A stretch of 62,942 nucleotides of DNA, the filler included, from Conidiobolus incongruus B7586 (taxonomy: Eukaryota): assembly GCA_000697335.1 (NCBI GenBank). It is 16 parts of 16 records of this genome, joined end to end, with 100 filler letters (N's around TTAATTAATTAA, not from the genome) between each part and the next. Parts side by side here need not be neighbours in the genome. Positions count along the whole stretch, not along the records: positions 54,281 to 56,605 come from JNEM01007090.1; positions 56,706 to 58,244 come from JNEM01007091.1; positions 58,345 to 60,058 come from JNEM01007092.1; positions 60,159 to 61,375 come from JNEM01007093.1; positions 61,476 to 62,942 come from JNEM01007097.1; 11 more parts are not named here. One strand, written 5' to 3'. Each line of letters begins with the position of its first letter. The first letter of the stretch is position 1. This document shows positions 55,677 to 62,942 of the stretch, in pieces. The notes under the pieces are model-generated. The model was not told the origin of the DNA and ran no database searches. It was given only the letters and a program-made list of their open reading frames with translations. The position numbers and the translations under genes were made by a program.

Positions 55677-56772
55677 TAAAAGTTTTGGATATGATATTAT
55701 TTTAAAAAAATTATTATAAATTAAGATTAATTATTAATTTATATTTATTTATTTATATAATAAAAAATATAAATTTCCTTATCTATTAATTAATTTAATT
55801 TTTATAAAAATAATATAATTAATATATATTGACGATGAGTTATGTCTTAGTGTCAAGGATTAGATAAAAAGTTGAATATTATGCTTGCTGGATATATCAA
55901 AAGGCAGGGATAAATATCAATAAAGTGAATTATTTATAAATCACAAATATCCATAATATTTTTAACCAAGAATTAAAAAGACTTGATATTATCTTGGTTC
56001 CTGACTTAATTATTAGTTAATAAGTAATAATTTAAAAATTCAAGTGATAAATGGATTGATGATGGAAAAAAGTGTTTTTATTATAATATTTGCAATTAAA
56101 ATTATATATCCATAATAATTCATGCATTATAACCTATTTTCTAAGGGGATAAAATTCATCAATATCAAAATAACAATTATAGATGACTAGTGAGGCTTTG
56201 CTATATATAAGTGAATCAAAAGTGATATCAATATCCAATATTATCATAAAAATGGCTTGACTATCAAAATATTTGCTAAAAATATATATTATATATATAA
56301 TTATCCTTTATTTATTTATTATTATTATTATTTTGTTAATATTATTAATAATATTTATGATATTTATTGATAAATTCAGAATATACCAAAATTTGGAGAA
56401 TATAATAATTCTATAAAAAAAATTAAAATATTTGATTAATGGAATAATGATAATTATTTTATTAAATAAATTAAGCTAATATTATTTTTTTATTATATTT
56501 ATTTTAAAATGATTGTGTTTTTTATTTAAAAACAAAACTAATTAAAAAAATAATTATTTAATTTAATTTTTTATCAAAATTAGATTTAAAATAATATTTA
56601 AAAATNNNNNNNNNNNNNNNNNNNNNNNNNNNNNNNNNNNNNNNNNNNNTTAATTAATTAANNNNNNNNNNNNNNNNNNNNNNNNNNNNNNNNNNNNNNN
56701 NNNNNAAGCTTAAATTTCAATATGATATTACTTGATAATTTAAATAATAAGAGTTTATTATAATTGAAAATA

Positions 56773-58064
56773 TTATAATAAATTTAAAATTATGAAAAAA
56801 TTTTTAATTTTTAATTCTTCAATAATATTATTAGTTTGAAATAAATAAATATATACAAAATTAATAGAAAATTATATATTTTTAATATATATATATATAT
56901 ATTTATATAATAATTCTTTTGATTGAAAAATTAATTTTTTAAAATTAGTTTAATTTAATTATATTTAAACCAAATAACAATCATCAAAAGTTTTTTATTT
57001 TAGTATAAGTAAAATTTAACCATAAGTTTTTTAAAATTATTTAAAATTTACAAGCCTCTTTTGGAAATAAAATATTATCTAAATTAATAATTTATCACTA
57101 GATTAATTATCTAAAACCTGTTAAAATCTAAAAAACTAACATCAATTGTTATTTTTTTAATTATTAATAAAATGAAAAAATATATTGAAAAGCATCTTTT
57201 TATTTCTGCTAGAGAATTATCTAAGCACTTTAATATTAGTCTTATAAGTATTTTATATATATGAAAATTTAAACTCAAATTAATAAATAAAAATATAAAA
57301 TAAGAACCTTATAATTTAACTAAAGCTTAAAAAAAAGTTAGGGTAGTTATTATTAAGCAAAACTTACTAAAGTATTACTAGAAGCCTAAACTTTTATAAC
57401 CAATAATTATAATTAATGAATCTTAGATCCCTATGTATATTCCTTTATTAAAACACAAATCAAAATGCTAAATTAAGTTAAATCTACCCCCTCCACAAAT
57501 CCCTTTAAATAAGAATTTTGCTAATAAACAAATATTAATTATTACAATGGATTATAATGGTATATGCTACTGTTATTTATTTCCTGAAGGAAATTCAATT
57601 AATAGTAAACTTTATATTAATTTTATTAATAAAAATATTTTTAATTGATGTTCTAAATATAATATAAAAAAACCTATTATTTTGTATAATAATAATAGAA
57701 TATATAAATCTAAAGCTATAAAATAATTTCCTAATTAAAAGTAATTGGAAAAAACTATCATATCTAGTATATTCCTTAAATTATAACCTATATAATTATA
57801 ATTGCTTTAGGTAATTAAAAAACCAGCTTATAAGAAAGATAATTTTTATAAAAAAATTTAATTAATTTGTAAATCATTTAATTTCAGTTTATAATAAAAA
57901 GAATTATTTTTTAAATATGAAATGTTTATTAAAAATATAGCAAAAATTATTAATAATATTAAATATTATTAAATTTATATTATATATTTCCTTTATATAT
58001 TAAATATTAAAATGTTTATTTATTTTTAAATATAAAAAATTCCTATAATTTAAATAAAAAATAA
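56773..58064 (+). mobile_element. Mariner B2 copy, mutated
   Basis: Collinear with 11222-12540 and retains TMDYNGICYCYLFPEG. Ends approximate. Confidence 0.82.
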
Positions 58065-58486
58065 TATTATAGCCATTTGTTGATTTAAAAAATTTATAAA
58101 AAAAAATTAAATTTATTTTTTAGTTTTATTAAAGAATTATAGAGAAATAAGTTAATTATATTTTATTTTAATAATATATTCAGTTTTTTAGTATATATTT
58201 TAAATATTAATAATTTTTTAGATTAATTTAATTAAAAAAATTAANNNNNNNNNNNNNNNNNNNNNNNNNNNNNNNNNNNNNNNNNNNNTTAATTAATTAA
58301 NNNNNNNNNNNNNNNNNNNNNNNNNNNNNNNNNNNNNNNNNNNNATCATTTTAAATGATATATATAATAATTTAATTAAAAAATTAATTTTTTATCATTT
58401 GTTATTAATTTAATAATTTTTAAATTATATAATAAATATAAATATTTTTTATTTAATATTAATAAAACTTTACTATAAACTTTATA

Positions 58487-60058
58487 CACTAACTTGCAAA
58501 AGTGAGTTATAAAATCAAAAACACTTATATTTTTACTAATAACTTGATTAATATTTAATGAAATAAACTTAAATTAAATAATTAAAATCTATTATATTTA
58601 TTAATAATATATATCATTATATGATGATATTTAGCTATTAATTGGTTAAAATATAAATATTTAAATTTTACCTAAGATAAGTTATAAATTTGTGGGTTTT
58701 TAGTGATAAAAAAAATTAAAACCTAGTGTATCTACCTTTAACTTTTCTAACTTCTTTAAGTTTGTAGGGTATAGAATTAATTAACTTCTTAAACTCAGAA
58801 AAGTTAATCTTGTTCTATATTTCTTAAACATATTCTTAAAGTTGATCTAAATCTTTTACTAAAGGGAAAGTTTTAATAGCTTTTTTTAATTAATCCCAAA
58901 GGTATTTAATTAAGTTAAGGTTAAAAGATTAAAGAAGCTACTTTATAACTGTTATCTTGTTATTTTTAAGCTATTTGGTAATAGAAGCTATAGTATAACA
59001 AAAGACATTATCTTATTAGAAAATAACATCAGATTTGTTTAACCTATATTATTCAATAGTTTTTTTCAATTCATTATTTAGAATACTTTAGTATATTTTA
59101 ATATTAATTCCCCTATTAACTTTACAAAAATACCCTATACTTAAAAACAATATATATCCTTAAATAATAATTAACCTATCATTGTACTTTTGGGTAAAAT
59201 TAACATAATAATCACAAAGTAATTCTACATTTTTTCTAAAGTATCTAACTTTTTTATCAAATCTACTAAAGTATATTTTTGTTTCATTAGATTAAATAAC
59301 TTTACTCTAATTAATTTCAATTTAATATTAATAGTAACATTTAAACTTTTACCTAGTTTTATAATAGGATTTCTTTAGTTGGGGGTGTTTTTTCTTAAGA
59401 TATAAGTGGTATCTATGTTAATATAAAGCACATATAATAGTATCAATATTAACTAATATTCCTACATAGTTTTATAGTTCCTGTTGTATTTCTACAATAA
59501 TACTATACTTGCCTATACTAACTAACCTACAAATATACTTCTTATTATATTTATTTATAATCTTAACACATTTAAGTTTAAGTTTAAATGTGTTTTTATT
59601 GTTATTCTTAATAACTTTAACTATAGTAAACTAGCTAACATTAGTAATTCTAGTAATATCACAAGTTAATTTACTTTCTTTATAAAGTTGATTAATGCAC
59701 AAGTAGATTTTTTTAAAGAGGGATTTAGGTATAATAATACTAATAAAAAGAATTTAGTATATCTGTAAAATATTATATAAAATAATAGCAAAGAGAGAAA
59801 AAAGATATAGTTATATATTGTTAAATATATCCCCTTATCTCAAAAACCCACAAATTTATAACTTACCTTAGTTAAATATTAAAGGTTAATATTTTTGCTA
59901 ATAGTTTACTAAATATATCTATATATATTTATTTATAATCAAATAATATACTTTAATTATATATTATAATTTTAAGTAAATTAATATATACAATTATTTT
60001 AGTTATTAATTAAAATATATATATATTTGATTTTATAACTCATTTTTGTAGGTTAGTG
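58487..60058 (-). mobile_element. Tc1-like A1 full-length copy
   Basis: TA|CACTAACTTGCAAAAGTGAG...TTTTTGTAGGTTAGTG, 1572 bp. Confidence 0.92.
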
Positions 60059-60158
60059 NNNNNNNNNNNNNNNNNNNNNNNNNNNNNNNNNNNNNNNNNN
60101 NNTTAATTAATTAANNNNNNNNNNNNNNNNNNNNNNNNNNNNNNNNNNNNNNNNNNNN

Positions 60159-61002
60159 ATTATATTTATTAATTATATATATCATTAAATGATAATATTT
60201 AACTATTAATTGGTTAAAATATAAACCCTTAAATTTTCCCTAAGGTGAGTTATAAATTTATAGGTTTTTGGTGATAAAAAATAATTAAAACTTAGTGTAT
60301 CTATCTTTAACTTTTCTAACTTTTTTAAGTTTATAGGGTATAGAATCAACTAACTTTTTATACTAAGAAGGGTTAATTTTATTTTATACTTCTTGAATAT
60401 ATTTTTAAAGTTGATTTAAATCTTTTACTAAAGGGAAAACTTTAATAGCTTTTTTTAACTAATTCTAAAGGTGTTTAATTAAATTAAAGTTAAGAGATTG
60501 AAGAAGCTATTTTATAATTATTATTTTGTTATTTTTAAGTTATTTGGTAATAGAAGCTATAATATAACAAGAAGTATTATCTTACTAGAAAATAATATTA
60601 GATTTGTTTAACCTATATTATTTAATGGTTTTTTTAATTCATTATTCAGAATATTTTAGTATATCTTAACATTAATTCCCCTATTAACTTTATAAAGATA
60701 CCTTATACTTAAAGACAATATATATCCCTAAACAATAATTAACTTATCATTATATTTTTAAGTAGAATTAACATAATAGTTACAAAGTAGTTTTATATTT
60801 TTTCTAAAGCATCTAGTTTTTTTATTAGATTTATTAAAGTATATTTTTATTTTATTAAACTAAATAACCTTACTCTAATTAGTTTTAGTTTAATATTAAT
60901 AATGACATTTAAACTCCTGCTTAGCTTTATAAAGGGATTTCTTTAGTTGAGGGTGTTTTTTCTTAAGGTGTAAGTAATATCTATGCTAATATAAAACATA
61001 TA
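60159..61002 (-). mobile_element. Tc1-like A1 fragment interrupted by a younger A1 copy
   Basis: Collinear with 16290-17135 and ends at the TA at 61001-61002. Confidence 0.85.
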
Positions 61003-61375
61003 CACTAACCTGCAAAAGTGAGTCATAAAATCAAAAACACCTATATTTTTACTAATAACTTGATTAATATTTAATAAAATAAACCAAAATTAAATAATTA
61101 AAATCTATTATATTTATTAGTTATATATATCATTAAATGAGGATATTTAGCTATTAATTGGCTAAAATATAAACCCTTAAATTTTACCTAAGGTGAGTCA
61201 TAAATTTGCAGGTTTTTGGTGATAAAAAAAAATTAAAACCTAGTGTATCCACCTTTAGCTTTTCTAACTTCTTTAAGTCTGTGGGGTATAGAATCAACTA
61301 ACTTCTTACACTGGGAAGGGTTAATCTTGTTTTATGCTTCTTGAACATATTCCTAAAGTTGATCTAAATTTTTTG
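61003..61375 (-). mobile_element. Tc1-like A1 terminal part, least-mutated copy, truncated by gap
   Basis: Intact CACTAACCTGCAAAAGTGAGTCATAAAATC end and intact inner repeat. The C-terminus reads RLKEVRKAKGGYTRF*. Confidence 0.9.
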
Positions 61376-61475
61376 NNNNNNNNNNNNNNNNNNNNNNNNN
61401 NNNNNNNNNNNNNNNNNNNTTAATTAATTAANNNNNNNNNNNNNNNNNNNNNNNNNNNNNNNNNNNNNNNNNNNN

Positions 61476-62942
61476 AACCTAAATTAAATAATTAAAATCT
61501 ATTATATTTATTAGTTATATATATCATTAAATGATGATATTTAGGTATTAATTGGTTAAATTATAAACCCTTAAATTTTACCTAAGGTGAGTTATAAATT
61601 TGTAGGTTTTTGGTGATAAAAAAAATTAAAACCTAGTGTATCTACCTTTAACTTTTTTAACTTCTTTAAGTTTGTAAGGTATAGAATCAACTAACTCTTT
61701 ACACTAAGAAAGGTTAATCTTGTTCTATACTTCTTGAATATATTCCCAAAGTTGATCTAAATTTTTTACTAGGGGGAAAGCTTTAATAACTTTTTTTAAT
61801 TAATCCTAAAAGTGTTTAATTAGATTAAAATTAAAAGATTGAGGAAGTTACTTTATAATTGTTATCTTGTTATTTTTAAGTTATTTGGTAATAGAAGCTA
61901 TAGTATAGCAAGAGGTATTATCTTACTAGAAAATAATATTAGATTTGTTTAACCTATACTATTTAATGTTTTTTTTTTCAATTCATTGTTTAGAATACTT
62001 TGGTATATTTTAACATTAATTCCCCTATTAACTTTACAAAGATATTTTACACCTGAAGATAATATACATCCCTAAATAATAATTAACATATCACTATACT
62101 TTTGGGTAGAATTAATATAATAGTCACAAAGTAGTTCTGCATTTTTTTTGAAGTATCTAGCTTTTTTATTAAATCTACTAAAGTATATTTTTGTTTTATT
62201 AGACTAAATAACCTTACTCTAATCAATTTTAGTTTAACATTGATAATGATATTTAAACTCCTACCTAACTTTACAATAGGATTTCTTTAGTTGGGGGTGT
62301 TTTTTCTTAAAGTGTAAATAGTATCTATGTTAATGTAAAGTATATATAATAGTATTAGTGCTAACTAATATTTTTGTATAGTTTTATAGTTCTTGTAATA
62401 TTTCTACAGTAGTACTATACTTGCTTATATTAACCAACCTACAAATATACTTCTTATCATATTTATTTATAATCCTAGTATGTTTAAGTTTAAGTTTAAA
62501 TGTTTTTTTATTGCTATTCTTAACAACCTTAACTATAATAAACTAACTAACACTAGTAATTCTAGCAATATTATAAGTTGATTTATCTTTTTTACAAAGT
62601 TAATTAATATACAAGTGGATTTTTTTAGAGAGGGATTTAGGTATAATGATACTAATAAAAGAAATTTAGTATATCTGTAAAATATTATATAAAATAATAG
62701 CAAAGAGAGAAAAAAGATATAGTTATATATTGTTAAATATATCCCCTTATCTCAAAAACCCACAAATTTATAACTCACCTTAATTAAATATTAAGGGTTA
62801 ATATTTTTGCTAATAGTTTACTAAATATATCTAAATATATTTTTTTATTATTAAATAATATACCTTAATTATATATTATAGTTTCAAGTAATCTAATATA
62901 TACAATTGTTTTAGTTATTAATTAAAATATATATATATTTTT
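61476..62942 (-). mobile_element. Tc1-like A1 copy running off the window end
   Basis: Collinear with 16265-17725. Confidence 0.88.

Noticed and set aside
55830..56280. Slightly GC-richer patch after the B1 mariner
   Set aside because: The frames I translated contain stops and no recognisable motif or structure, so no call can be supported.
16187..62942. CRISPR-like array, tandem satellite or segmental duplication
   Set aside because: The repeats are dispersed TIR elements in both orientations with TA flanks, and there is no repeat-spacer periodicity.

Overview
Very AT-rich eukaryotic (fungal) scaffold window broken by 15 artificial 100-bp gap spacers (N44-TTAATTAATTAA-N44). It holds only two intact host genes, both on the minus strand with tiny 47-52 bp GT-AG introns: a Zn(II)2Cys6 transcription factor (3852-2006) and GET3/ArsA ATPase (41103-39844). 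Most of the remainder is a nested transposon graveyard that the ORF track misses: about 17 copies or fragments of a ~1.57-kb Tc1-like DD34E element with IR/DR ends, about 16 copies or fragments of ~1.3-kb DD34D mariner elements in several subfamilies, and a ~7-kb chromodomain-bearing Ty3/Gypsy element. All are disabled mainly by C>T/G>A transitions (RIP-like). One LTR with a tRNA-Ala PBS (42412-42761) has escaped this damage. The most unusual feature is a ~350-nt CpG-retaining, G-rich island without a long ORF (4982-5332) that folds by hand into a closed multi-helix RNA with a candidate pseudoknot and matches no ncRNA family I can recognise. An early-diverging fungal source (e.g. Entomophthoromycotina) is my inference only. 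All translations, alignments and folds were done by eye, and boundaries of degenerate elements are approximate.
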